Notes: generated by a model from the letters alone, not told the origin. 64,000 nucleotides of DNA from Marsupella aquatica (GCA_973895155.1 OZ316892.1:7857251-7921250); one strand, 5' to 3'. Shown: positions 34,059 through 45,470, counted from the stretch's first letter. Program-made: numbers and translations.

Positions 34059-35099
34059 TCATAAAACATACTCATCATTGAGTAAATCAGCTTCTCCATC
34101 AGCCCTAGCCACATTTGCCGATGAAGTTTCCGCTGCCTTTCCCTTACAGTCTCGCTTGAAGTGTCCAACTTGGTTGCACTTCCAACATGTCACCTGCCTC
34201 CTCTGAGGGGATTTACCCTTGGACTTAGATCTGGATTTAGATCTAAACTGGGTTCTACGGTCCCCAGTTGGTCGCTGCATACTCCTCCCACGGTTAACAT
34301 TGAGGGCAACACCAGATGATGAAGGCTGTGACGTGATGTGCATCTTCTGCTGAAGATCATCACTAAGCAGAGAACTTACCACGTCATTGTATGAAATGGT
34401 ATCCCTATCACGATGCAACAACACTCGTGATAGGGACTGGTAAGATGGAGGCAATGAACTAAGAAGCTGCAGAGCCTTCGTCTCATCATTCAAAGTCTCC
34501 CCAAGGTTTTCCAAGTCAACGACCATGTCGTTGAAAGCATCCACATGGTCTTGCAACTTCGTACCAGATTCCTTCATCCTGAAACTCATCAGTTTGTAGG
34601 AAGTGTAGAGCCGGTTCGACAACTCCTTGCGGTGATACTTGCTCTGCAATTCCGCAAACAAGGACATGCAATCCTTATGTGCACCTAACTGCTTGATGAT
34701 GGGAGGCATGAGATAGAGTGTAACACACCACACTCCCTGCTCCTGCATGCGGTCCCATTGTTTCTCATCAACATCGTCTTCACGAGGGCTCAGCAGTTGG
34801 CCCATCCCTGACGCATAAAGCACTCCCTTCACCTGCTTCTCCCATAGCAAGTAGTCAGAGCGCCCATCATACTTTGTCACTTCATACTTGGGTCCCCCAA
34901 GCTTGAAAGTCCCCATCTTCTTCTTTGGCACTACCGTGAGCTCCGGTAGTAGTACTACTTCCTCCACCACACGCCGCACCGGTGATGGTATCGGTGTCAC
35001 GTGCTCTTCCTCCTGCTCCTCTCTCTGCCCCTGAAACCGCCGCGGTGACCCTCGTGCTTCAAGTTCCACGTCTTCGAAAAACTCCTCCGAATCACTCAT
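34059..35099 (-). CDS. Copia gag
   Basis: KYDGRSDYLLW, LLSSLPPSY and CWKCNQVGHFKRDC zinc knuckle; ends NDEYVL-TGA in the same frame as pol. Start codon uncertain. Confidence 0.9.
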   Translation of the reverse strand: MSDSEEFFEDVELEARGSPRRFQGQREEQEEEHVTPIPSPVRRVVEEVVLLPELTVVPKKKMGTFKLGGPKYEVTKYDGRSDYLLWEKQVKGVLYASGMGQLLSPREDDVDEKQWDRMQEQGVWCVTLYLMPPIIKQLGAHKDCMSLFAELQSKYHRKELSNRLYTSYKLMSFRMKESGTKLQDHVDAFNDMVVDLENLGETLNDETKALQLLSSLPPSYQSLSRVLLHRDRDTISYNDVVSSLLSDDLQQKMHITSQPSSSGVALNVNRGRSMQRPTGDRRTQFRSKSRSKSKGKSPQRRQVTCWKCNQVGHFKRDCKGKAAETSSANVARADGEADLLNDEYVL

Positions 35100-35776
35100 A
35101 TGAGAATCACAAAAATTGTTGTTTTTCACAACTTCTCAAAAAACTCGAAACTCAACACCGCCGCGTAGCCCACAAAGCTAGGAGTCCAATACTGAAAACC
35201 GAAATCAAAATCGAAATTTGACGGAAAAGTTATTCAAATTTCGGTCGAGGTGGGTAAAACCTTGGGAAACTCCCCCGTTTTGACCACCTCAGGGAATAAC
35301 CGAAATACCAAGTACAACCCGTTGTCGGAATTACGATGTGATTGGTGCGCCGCGTTGCCAACTTCAATGGCTTGTCAACAACGAATGTTGATCAATTGCA
35401 CTTGGTGCCGTCACCAATCCAACAAGGTAATTGATTTTGCTTAGCCTTCCTCTTTGCATCAAAGAGCCAATCCCGGACTCAAAACAATCGTCTTGCCTCA
35501 ATCTCTCTGTTGAGTCAAAACACTTGACGCTTCTCCCTCCGAGTCGATTGCCAACTTTCTTCACAAAATCCAGAACGACGAAAACTTAGATCTCTCTGCA
35601 CCACGAGCTCCGTTCAACGATTTCTTCACACCGTTAGAAAGCTCTTGCCCTGATCTATCCGTTGAGCCCATAAACTCCAAGTTCCATGCGATGGAACTCT
35701 GGAAAATTCACCAACACTCAACGCTGGAAAAACCGTCATGAAATCCCATCACGAACACACGTCACCTCCCAAGCAT

Positions 35777-35788
35777 GCTCTGATACCA
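35777..35788 (-). promoter_or_regulatory. Primer-binding site (tRNA-iMet)
   Basis: GCTCTGATACCA on + equals TGGTATCAGAGC on -, 2 nt inside the 5' LTR. Confidence 0.92.
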
Positions 35789-35790
35789 AT

Positions 35791-36211
35791 TGTTGAGCAT
35801 AGACGACGATCGCAACGGCAAGCCCATGAACCATCCAACGCACAATAGTCGACACAAGAGATACGTGGTTCACCTCCTTGAGGCTACGTCCACGGGAACA
35901 CACAAGAGAGCTTTACTGAACTCTAAGCCCGTCGGCTATACCGAGTCTCCACAGTGTAAGCTCTCCCTATCTCTCAAGTGGCTCCATAACAATGAGCCTT
36001 GGTTCTACCTCTCCAAGCACACATGCCTCTTATGATATAGTGTGCAACTTAGTTGTACCTAACCACATAGTTGTACCTAATCACGTAGTTGTACCTAACC
36101 ACATAGTTGTACCTAATCACGTAGTTGTATCTAACCACGTAGTTGTACCAACCCACGTTGTTGTACCAACCACGTCATACCTAACCTAGACGTAAGAGTA
36201 AATACCCAACA
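35791..36211 (-). repeat. Copia 5' LTR
   Basis: Direct repeat of 30175-30595, adjacent to the PBS. Confidence 0.95.
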
Positions 36212-36216
36212 AATAG

Positions 36217-37992
36217 GACTGACCGGCAAAATTGGGCAGGTCCACAACGAATAGCAGCAAGAAGAGTGCAGCAATGTCTGAAAGATATGTATGAGAGGAG
36301 AGATGTATGACATGAACGAAGTTTAGGAACTCAGTTGTACTTGGAGATTTGTGCAGATTACTTAGATATTTTCTTTTCTCCAGTTCATGACTTGGGGTCC
36401 CGTGTTGTGTTAGCATCCAAGGTTTCATTCTTTCTACGTTTGTGGAGATTGTGGTTGAGGTTTGGTGACCATTCAGTGGGTGGGAACTTTGCAGCACACA
36501 CTGAGAAAGACATGTATGATGTCTATTCAGGCTTTTCATGATGTTAACATGTCATGTCATTTCATTGTGCTGTTAATTTGTGCCTTTCGAGATAAGTTCC
36601 CACATCTAGGTGTTCCCTTCCACTTGCTAGGTTCGGATTGTTGTGAGATTTTCTTCAGCAAGGTAGGAGGCATGAGTGGCCATGAGCAAAATTATGATTT
36701 TGGCTCTCTGTTGGATAGTGCTGTTGGACTGAACCGGCTTGCTGCCCTAGAATATGGACCAGAAGGCTTGAAGATAGGTCGTTCGCATAAGAAACAAGAT
36801 CATGTATGGGGGAAGAATCCTATAGGGGAAGGGGAGGAAGCACCAAATCTACTTGACTATTCTCTCATTGAGACTAATGAATTAGTGGTTGCAGCCCTTA
36901 AAGAAGGTTTTGTTGCTGCTAAGGATCTTATGCATCAATTGCAGATGTCTCCACGAAGTTCCTTACCAGCAACTAGAAAGAGATGGTGGACATGTCCTTG
37001 GGTTGTGGAAAGTGAGACCTGGCCACTAGAGGTGGTTCTGAAGGAAGCAATTGTTTGCAATGATTCTGAGGAGCAAGTAGAGCACCAACCACCAGACATA
37101 GGTCCTCGCCCAACTGGAGATTTTCATGAATTGGAAGATCCTGAGGATGATCTGAATAGAATAGATGCATGGTTAACAGAACCAGATCCCATTGTACGTT
37201 GTTCCTGAGATGCATTCAGATGATGTACGCAGAGATGATATACAGTTTGATGTAGACCCCTCAGATGAGCTTGAGACATTAGGTCACGAAGTTCGGCATG
37301 TGTTCGGATCAGTTGTCCATGTTGTAACTAATGTGCAGAATCGTACCAAGGTAGTGCCTACTGTTACTTATGAAGGCAAGGTGATTTACAAATCCACTCT
37401 GGTAAGCCAGCTGGTAGGCAATCCACATTTGTCAAAAGATAGACTGACAAGGGTAAAACAAGTGCTATACTATAGTACTGGCAAGAGAAAAGTGCAAGAA
37501 GCCAGTCCTAACTCATGTTTTGTTGATGTTGGCACTGATTCTCGCACTGATTGTGCAATTGCATTTGAGTCTGATGATAATCCTGCTCCAAGTACTAGAT
37601 CTGGAAAAAGAAAGGGAGGAAAGAATAAGGTTGCGGTGGAGGCAATCTCAGCAGGTAAGAAATATTTTTGATTGGGTCGGATTGTCCAAATGAGACAGAA
37701 GTATGGTAGTAGGTGGGGCAATTGTCGGTCACCAATTGATTTGATGGATAGGCCAACTCCAGTCCCAGGGCAATCAGGTAGCATTTGTGAACTGTTGTTA
37801 AATTGGTATAGTCCGATTGGTAAGAGCAAAAGTGAATTCAAATATGATACCACTGATTTGAAATGGATGGATATTGAAATGGTCATTGCTAGTGTTAGCT
37901 TAACCATGAAAGAAGGGGTTATGGATCGTATCTATGTGTTGGATCCAATAGATAGACGTGCATTGGATCAGTATCTTCAAACAATGGTATGA
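36217..37992 (+). pseudogene. P-element/THAP9-like transposase, C-terminal part (decayed)
   Basis: Removing the copia gives DDVNR|TDRQNWAGPQR in frame. Continues YLEICADYLDIFFS...FLRLWRLW and LLGSDCCEIFFSKVGG (catalytic E; compare QDxLExxF), then an acidic linker and C-terminal domain. Several frameshifts and stops. Confidence 0.7.
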
Positions 37993-38925
37993 ATGTCATG
38001 CTACTGTTTAGTTTTTGAGAGTCTGTATATATGTTTTGTTTTGTTAATATTAGTGGGTGTAGTGGGATAGGATAGGGGATGATGGATTGGTAACTTGAGA
38101 TCTTTTCTCAATTAGGGGTTCAATTCTCCTCCGTCACATGTTACATCTCTCAACAGAAGTTTTCAATGGAGTATGGATGGAACATGGGATTGGTGATCAA
38201 TGGATGGAATGGATTATTCATGTTGTGACCTTAAAGGCCATCCCACTTATGTACGTAAGGTTTATATTGGGATGACCTTTAGATACACAATATAAATGAT
38301 GCATTGAAATGATTAAAGTTTAAGGTTGAAAAGGTGCAAGAACTGTTACAGGGCGTGCCATGTCTGACATACGACTTCACAAGGTACTGACATAGATTTA
38401 TCTTTTCTTTCAAGGCATTTTTTATTGATATGTGACACTTTACTTCACAAATTATAGGGGCAATACAAATTGGATTTTAGACTCTTAGAAGAAAGAAAGA
38501 GGGAGGAAAAAAAATTTCAACTTAATAAGTATGGGGGTCTAGGCATGAAAACGTCGCAGGTGATGGGGGGGTCCTCCATATAGTGAGACCCCCAGGAGTT
38601 GTTTTGGCACGCCCTATTGGTCCATCATCATGAGAGCGAGACTGTTACACATGAGGCCAAAGTGAAGGAGAGGAGTATCTCTTATAGCCTGCCTAGCCAT
38701 GCATTGAGACATTCGGAAGACTTCACCACCAATTCAATGGGTTACTTTGGAAGACACTCATTCTCCAGGTGGGTCAGCAAAAGCACCTTCATCTCTATTA
38801 AATGGGTTACTTTGGGACAAAGCTCAGGACTCTCATTGGTCAGTTGGTACAACAAGAGAATCTTGGTCTATTTTGACATGGGTTCTCAAACTACATTTTA
38901 ATGACATCACAACAAGTTCAACCTT

Positions 38926-40455
38926 GAGAAGGCGGCCGATCGTTTCAATAAGGAAACGATCGGCCGCCTTCTCCTTGTTGGCCGATCGTTTCCTTATTGA
39001 GGATCGCCCTTTTTTACTTTCATCTCTCATGGAGGTAGAGGAGGGTTCCCTCCCGTTTCAAGTTCATTTGCGCGCAGCACGGTCATCATTACCAGATCCC
39101 GTTCGCGCTGCGTTACCTTCTTTTCAGGAGTTTTTATCCTTGGATCCCGTCCGTCTTCAGGCAGACCTCGCTGGGCGTATGCACGCTTTTACCCTTTCCA
39201 GCATCCTCTCCGAGGCACCTGACACGGACCGAGCTCGGATTCTTTCTTCCGGAGGGAAGGGCGCAGGAGGATGGCTTCAGGCCAATCCAGTCATTCCTCA
39301 TTTGCGGATGTCTTCCACAGAGTTCTCCACAGCCATGCGTCTTCGTATGGGGCTGCCCCACCCACTTCTTGCAGGTTTACCTCCTTCTTGCACTTGTGGG
39401 AAGCCTTGTGATGCCACAGGTGTCCATCTTCTTCGGTGCAGCTTGGGAGGTGAAACCATTATTGTTCATGATGCTGTGCGAGATGCAACCGCTCAGGTTC
39501 TCTCTGGCTCTTTGGTATGCGTGCGGCGGGAGGTGGTACTCGAGTTACCTGGTCCTCCATCACAGCGGTTACGGGTGGATCTTACCATGGTCCGTGAGGG
39601 TCAACGTACTTTGGCAGATGTAGTGGTGGCAAACCCATTGCGCCAAGACATCATTGGGACAGCGGCAACAACGGCAGGGGCAGCAGCGTCACGTGCGGCA
39701 ACAACGAAGGAGGCCAAATATGCTGCACAAGCTTCATCCGATAGCTTCCTCCCCCTTGCTCTGGAGCTATTTGGGCGTCTTCATCCTCAGTTTGATGGGC
39801 TTCTTCGGCAAGCTGCTCGGGATGTTCATGGCCGATTGGGTCCCACCGGGCCCCCGCTTTCTGTTTTGACCACGCACTTTCGCCAACGCATTTCAGTCAC
39901 CTTACAGCGTGCTCAAGCTCGGGCCATCTATCGTCGATCTCTTACAGTGGGTGCTAGTGTGCCTCCGCAGCGGCTAGCTCCCCTCGAGGATGTTCCAATC
40001 CCACTTGCTGATCTAGTTTTGACCCTTGATGTGGACCATTAGCTTTTTGCCACATTCGCTAGGAATGATGAGGACCTCGGTCCGGTTGGGTTAGTTTTAG
40101 TCTCTCTTTTTTGGTTTTTAGAGGTTCCTTATTGCTCATTTCTTACTTTTAGTTCCTCTTTCTTGGTGTTTAGTGGTTCCCTTTTGCTCACTTCTTTTAC
40201 GATTGGTTTTGTCCACTTGGACCCTCTTTTGTTTGTTCTTATGTACTCTGTTTGGTCCCTTTGTATATAAAAAGTGTGTGTATTTTCTCTTTTTTCTTGT
40301 TTGTTTCTCTTCCTCAGTTTTTGGGGTTGCATTGCCTTTTTTTTGTGTTTGGTGTTTGTACTCTTTGGACATCTTTAATCTCCTTTCATTGTACTTTGTT
40401 TGTTCCTTTTTGGATTAATTTTGGTTCTTCTTCCCCTTGAGCTGTCCTTTGTTGA
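38926..40455 (+). mobile_element. 5'-truncated non-LTR retrotransposon with restriction-like endonuclease (R2/CRE group)
   Basis: ORF ending at 40042: AGGWLQANP...FSTAMRLRMG, CCHC knuckle CTCGKPCD..GVHLLRC..HD, RLE motifs RVDL..ADVVV..K..KY..FLPLALELFG. T-rich 3' UTR; no RT present. Boundaries approximate. Confidence 0.75.
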
Positions 40456-40719
40456 TCTACAGTATACCTCGGGAAGTACCCTTGGATTATATTCATGTCC
40501 CCTTGCAACTTTTTGATGCTACAATGAACCTAGATCAAACATTCTTCTACTATATTTAGAAGATAAATAACTTGATTATTTGTTTCTATCACTGCTCTGT
40601 GGATATCTCCTACAGAGTTGACGTTGATGCTGGGATGTACCACAAGGTTTCCTTGAAATAGATGTACCACAACGTTTGACCTGGGACTTCAATAAGGTGC
40701 CACAAAGCTTCATAATTAA

Positions 40720-40960
40720 GGGTGATGGTTTTTGGCCATATAGAAACGGCCATAACCTTTTTCAGAGGGCTGTGTAGAAGTTCTTGTTATTTTCTCCTCA
40801 CTGCCTTCTATAGTCACTTATGGTCATGCATATGATCATTCTTTGCAGCAAAACCTTATGCATTATGAATTTAATAGTCCCTGATTTTTCTGTCCTTAGC
40901 CTAGTAGTCCAGGTAGACGATGTTTGGAGATGTGAGGCCCCAAATGGATTAAACAATTTT
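40720..40960 (+). repeat. Dispersed repeat, diverged copy of 44405-44640
   Basis: Shared blocks TGATGG.TTTTGGCCATA, ACTTATGGTCATG, AAAA..TTATG..(A/T)TATGAATTT. Confidence 0.6.
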
Positions 40961-42714
40961 GACACACAATATGGGTAGCATTTATGGAATGGAAAGGTGC
41001 CATCTGATTAAGAAAATGATGTTTCAAAATGCTCCAAGGTGGTTTGGTGGTCCACCAATTTCTTGGTTGTTTTCCAGCTTCAGTTTTAGGTCATTTTGAA
41101 GTTAGTGCTCAGACAGCATCTAAGGTTGTCGAGCACAACTCTGATGGAATTACGAAGGCAATAATGTATAAATGTATACAAAAATACTTCATAAACTCGT
41201 AAATGCTGTTATGAGCTTTCGGCTCTTTTTTTCAGTTGTTGTTTGTCCTTTGTTGACCTTACTTTTAGTCAATTGGCTCTTCTTCTAAGAGACTGTAGTG
41301 ACAGGTCCCACTACTACAGTAGTTACCCAAAGTTTATCAGGGACCATTGGTAACTTCCACGCCCAGTGAAGACTAAAACCAAATAAAGAGTGAAAACCTT
41401 TTCTTGTCTTCGAAATGTTTTCGATCATGTTGGCTAGATGTCCTTGCTGTTGTTTGTCATACAGTTTTGGTAACTGCCCCAATGATTGAAAACCTTCAGT
41501 GGCAATTACCGGAACACCATAGCGGCATCCAGTAAATAACCCAACCCCAAAATATTATAAAAGGTGTTTAAAAATAAATAAATTAAATCATATATGCTTG
41601 GAAGTTCGGTGTCTACATCCAAATGCTCAGAATACTCTGAAATGGGTGAAAAGTTTTTGCTCCCGTAGGGCAAAATTTTAATCGTTGTTTATTCTCTTAT
41701 TTTTTGTTCCAGTCTAAGGCTCAAAATTTTAAATAATTATTTATTTATTGAGGGAACAGGGATGCACCACAGTACAACCTGCCAACTGGTGGTTGAGGTC
41801 GCTGTGAGTCTTACTCTGGTCAATAGCAGCTCCCCCGGTCGTTGCCCTGATCTCAGCAGGATTATTCGGATCCAAGGGTCTGAAAGAGAGTTCACCTGTG
41901 TGGAGGAATGCTTACCGTCCATCTTGAGGTGTCTCAACTGTGGTCCCCACAGCTACTTTTGAGGCTGAACTATATTTTTATAGGGGTGACCACAAACTTT
42001 CGCTGTTTGTGTCATCATCAGTCAACTGCAGCATTTTGCTTGAGTGTAATAATGTGGGTAGCTCAATCAATGAATTGATGATTCTCGTTGGTTTATCTTA
42101 CTTGGAAAATGCTGTTGCTACCCAAACCAAAGAAAACTTTAGATATTTTTCCTTTCAACGCTTCAAATTCTTATCTAGTTAAGAAATTTAATTGCCAGAT
42201 CTGACTGATCTCCTTAGATCTAGGAAAATGTAAACTCTGGGAGTTCCTCACATGAAGTGCTGTTCCCCACCCTGGCAAATTAAGAAAAGAATTCCACCTA
42301 TTTGAGTGATTCCCATAAAGGGGGCAACGGACTAATGAAATTAACTTTGGGACTTCAACTGACGGTGAGGCAGTAGACACTGCATTGATGAAGACCTTGC
42401 ATTTTTTTTACCTTGCCCCAAATCCCCAATTGCGTTCTGGAAGAGAGTTTCTTGATACGTCATTTATGCTGCTTATTGGGCCTCCCAGTCAATACTGTTT
42501 GTTATTGGGCTCTACCGATCATGCACAAAAGAAGTGAAGACATGAGGTTGTATATCTTTTAATTGAATGCTACCTACGCATGTAAGGGCAGAGTTTGCAT
42601 GACATTAGCCATCCCAATAAGTATAGCTGATAGCAATCTTCATTGAGGCAAGTGATGTTCCAGTTGCAAATCTAGTTGACCAACTTTTGCACAATCCCTC
42701 CTCCCACAATGGGG

Positions 42715-43370
42715 GTCACCAAAGCCCTTTGCACAAAAGATTGGACACTCAAAAAATTGGAGGTACTTTATGACCTTAATGGAAATGGCAGATGCGCAAC
42801 ATCAAACCAGTGGGACCCAATGGGTTGTAATAAATGAGTTCCTATTTTTCTCTTAAACAGAATCCCTTTGAATACAAAATATTTGATACTTAGAGAGATT
42901 GGAATCCCATTTCTTTTCAACTAAATGGAAAAGAGCAGGCAAGCAACATCTCATCCACTAAATGGAAACGTGCAAGCAAGCAACATCTAAGAATGGGACC
43001 CAATGGCTCATTCCTAAGTGGGGACACTATACACAGCCTTTTGCACACAAAAGACTAGTTGAGGTCCCTTTCTTATCATCTCAATTGAAAGGGCTAGGTG
43101 AACCACATCTAAGAGTCCCTTTCTTCTGACCTAAATGGAACTGGGCACGGCAGCAACATCTAAGTGTGGGCCTAAGAGGTTGTTGTAAATGAGTTTCCAA
43201 TTTGGAGGTCACCAAAGCCCTTTGCATAAAAATTCTTGACACTTACAGAAATTGTACACTAGGTCCTTTTCCTATCACCTAAATGAAAACTGGCAGAATA
43301 GCAACATCTCCAAGTGGGTCCCAAGGGGTTGTAATAAATGAGTAAATTTCCAAGTTTTTTGTCAATCTCA
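42715..43370 (+). repeat. Degenerate tandem/dispersed repeats
   Basis: About 5 copies of AAATGGAA..GGCA..GCAACATCT..GTGGG(A)CCCAA..GGTTGT..TAAATGAGT; GGTCACCAAAGCCCTTTGCA occurs twice. Confidence 0.6.
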
Positions 43371-45349
43371 ATCCCATAGTGGGGGTCGATCCCAATTGCT
43401 GGGTTGATGTGAGAGAGTGAGAGTGGTGATGGAGCTTTGAAAAACTTGGTCTTTTTGTACATTTTACTCTCTTTAAGTGCACAATATCTACCGACAGATT
43501 TGGCGTGCACTATGCCAGTTTATGCATTCCTTGCTAAGTGCAAACCTGCTAAAATTTGCACTTACAAGTATGTCGACCCTCCATCAGTGAGTAGTCTCAT
43601 GACTAGTTACGCAAATTGTACATCCCTGCCCTAAATTTGGTCTAAAAAAAAACTGTTCTAATTTCCGAGGAAGTAAAATAATAATTATTTACTCTAGGTG
43701 TGCACTTATCAGTAAATGTAATCTGATGGGATTGTGTGCTTATTGATAACTGCACACCTTTCCTAAGTAGAGTACAAATTGCTTTTATCAAGTGCTTTGC
43801 TCTTGTTTAGCAAAATGATTCCAGGTCTGCTTGTGCTTAGAATAGATGCAAAATTAGTGCAAATTTTAAACTCCTTGTAAAATAAAAGGGAAGAACATGA
43901 TGTCTTGCATTAAACCAGTTTCTGCACTCATGGACTGTGTGCTTAGAGCATTGCTAACCATTACTGGGTTGGTCTAGTGTAATGCCATGGTGACCAAATC
44001 TAGTAAAGTTGGGCAAAAAAGGCAAACTTCAATGGGTTACTGAAACTCTATTAAGCCCAAGCTTAATAGAGTTTCTTTGTTTGAAATCGAATTTTACAGG
44101 ATTTATTCTTCGGTTATCCAAATCTAATCGTTAGTCTCCAAAAGTGGGTCCAAAAGCCATTTCAAGGAAAAAACGCGAGTTCACATTTTGGCATATCGTC
44201 ATTGCTTATACACAGTATACTACAAAAAGTAACTTTGTCTTTAATGTTAAATCATAAGTATCTAAAGGCGCCATTGAGCACAAAATCAAGTAACCATTGG
44301 GCTTGCATTTTGGCATATCACCCCTGTTGGATACAGTATACTTTGAAAAAGGTGTCGTTACACTATATTTAATGTAGAGTGTAGGGAGTCTCAAAGCTTG
44401 AGAGTTGCAATGATGGCTTTTGGCCATAAACAAATGACCATCGTTTTTCACAATGTCATGTAAAGTTTTAATTTGTTTCACTAGCCTCCAAGTGACTTAT
44501 GGTCATGACATATAGCGAATCCTTATGCAAAAAGTTATGGGATATGAATTTTGTAATCCATAACTTTTCTCTCCCTAACCTTAACTACTAAGTACCCTTA
44601 AGTACTAATTTCACTCAGGTACATCAATTTGTTTTTAGGTTTGAGCTCTCCAAGTCAGGAAATAGAGTACACCTTTTTTTTAAAGATACTCTCTGACAAA
44701 GGGAAAATCTTTACTAAGTCTAGACACATCAATTTTTTGAGTTTTGAGACCCCCCTAGTAAGTAAATACACTACACCATTTCCCCCTCATTGAGCCTTTT
44801 GCTCTGATCATGTCTCCTACTATTTGGGCTCTCCTTGTTCTTTTGCACTTTGTTATATACAGTGTTTTTGCAAAGATAGGCCCTCCTTGTTCCTTTGCAG
44901 TGTGTAATAATAGATAGTGTTTTTTTGTGAAAGATAGACTCTATTTGTCCATAGTTTACCATTTGTGACAAGACACTCTTAGAGAAGAATAGAATTGGGC
45001 ATGTCAAAGTTTTCCCCTAAACAGTCCAAAGTGCCAAAGTGTTAGGGTTTTATTTTTTGGAGTATCACCCTTATAAGGTATATATTTTGGTAGCCCATAC
45101 TTATTTTATGTTGGCCCTAAGAAGGTTTTATGTACTGAGTTATTATGAGGTATTTGCTTGTTAGACCCCAGAATGAAACTTGTTACTTGATGACCCCCTA
45201 GGTCTATCAACGGTCCAGATCTGAGGTTGAAAGGTCCATCAACAATCCAGATTAGGGAAAAGTATCCAGGAGATTGATTATGCAAACTTTTTCGAGAAGG
45301 GGGTCTACTAAACATATCTCTTGAGTTAATATAGATGTGTTTTGACACC

Positions 45350-45470
45350 CCTAATACACCGTTAGAGATGAGATGCTTGAGATGCTTTTGGAGAGAAATA
45401 GAGTACACCGTTGGAGATGAGATGCTCGTCGTGAGAAACAGAGTACACCGTTGGAGATGAGATGAGATGA
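45350..45470 (+). repeat. Short tandem repeat
   Basis: Three copies of (AGAG)TACACCGTT(G/A)GAGATGAGATG. Confidence 0.8.

Larger units (their letters stand above)
30175..36211 (-). mobile_element. Full-length, recent Ty1/copia LTR retrotransposon inserted into the transposase
   Basis: 421-bp LTRs (TGTTG..CAACA); TSD AATAG at 30170-30174 and 36212-36216; tRNA-iMet PBS; PPT adjacent to 30596; gag-PR-IN-RT-RH order. Confidence 0.97.
20383..38595 (+). mobile_element. Large TIR DNA transposon (~18.2 kb with nested inserts, ~8.4 kb without), P-element/THAP9-like transposase plus PHD cargo
   Basis: Left end CTCGGGGGTCTCACT...ATCACGTGCGACG; right end CGTCGCAGGTGAT...AGTGAGACCCCCAG (imperfect ~40-bp TIR). 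Flanking direct repeat GGAGTTGTT(CT/TT) at 20374-20384 and 38595-38605; TSD is 8-11 bp depending on where the ends are placed. Confidence 0.8.

Noticed and set aside
38747-38925. First ~60 codons of the 431-aa ORF
   Set aside because: They lie upstream of the fold-back junction and are probably flanking DNA that happens to be in frame with the truncated non-LTR ORF.
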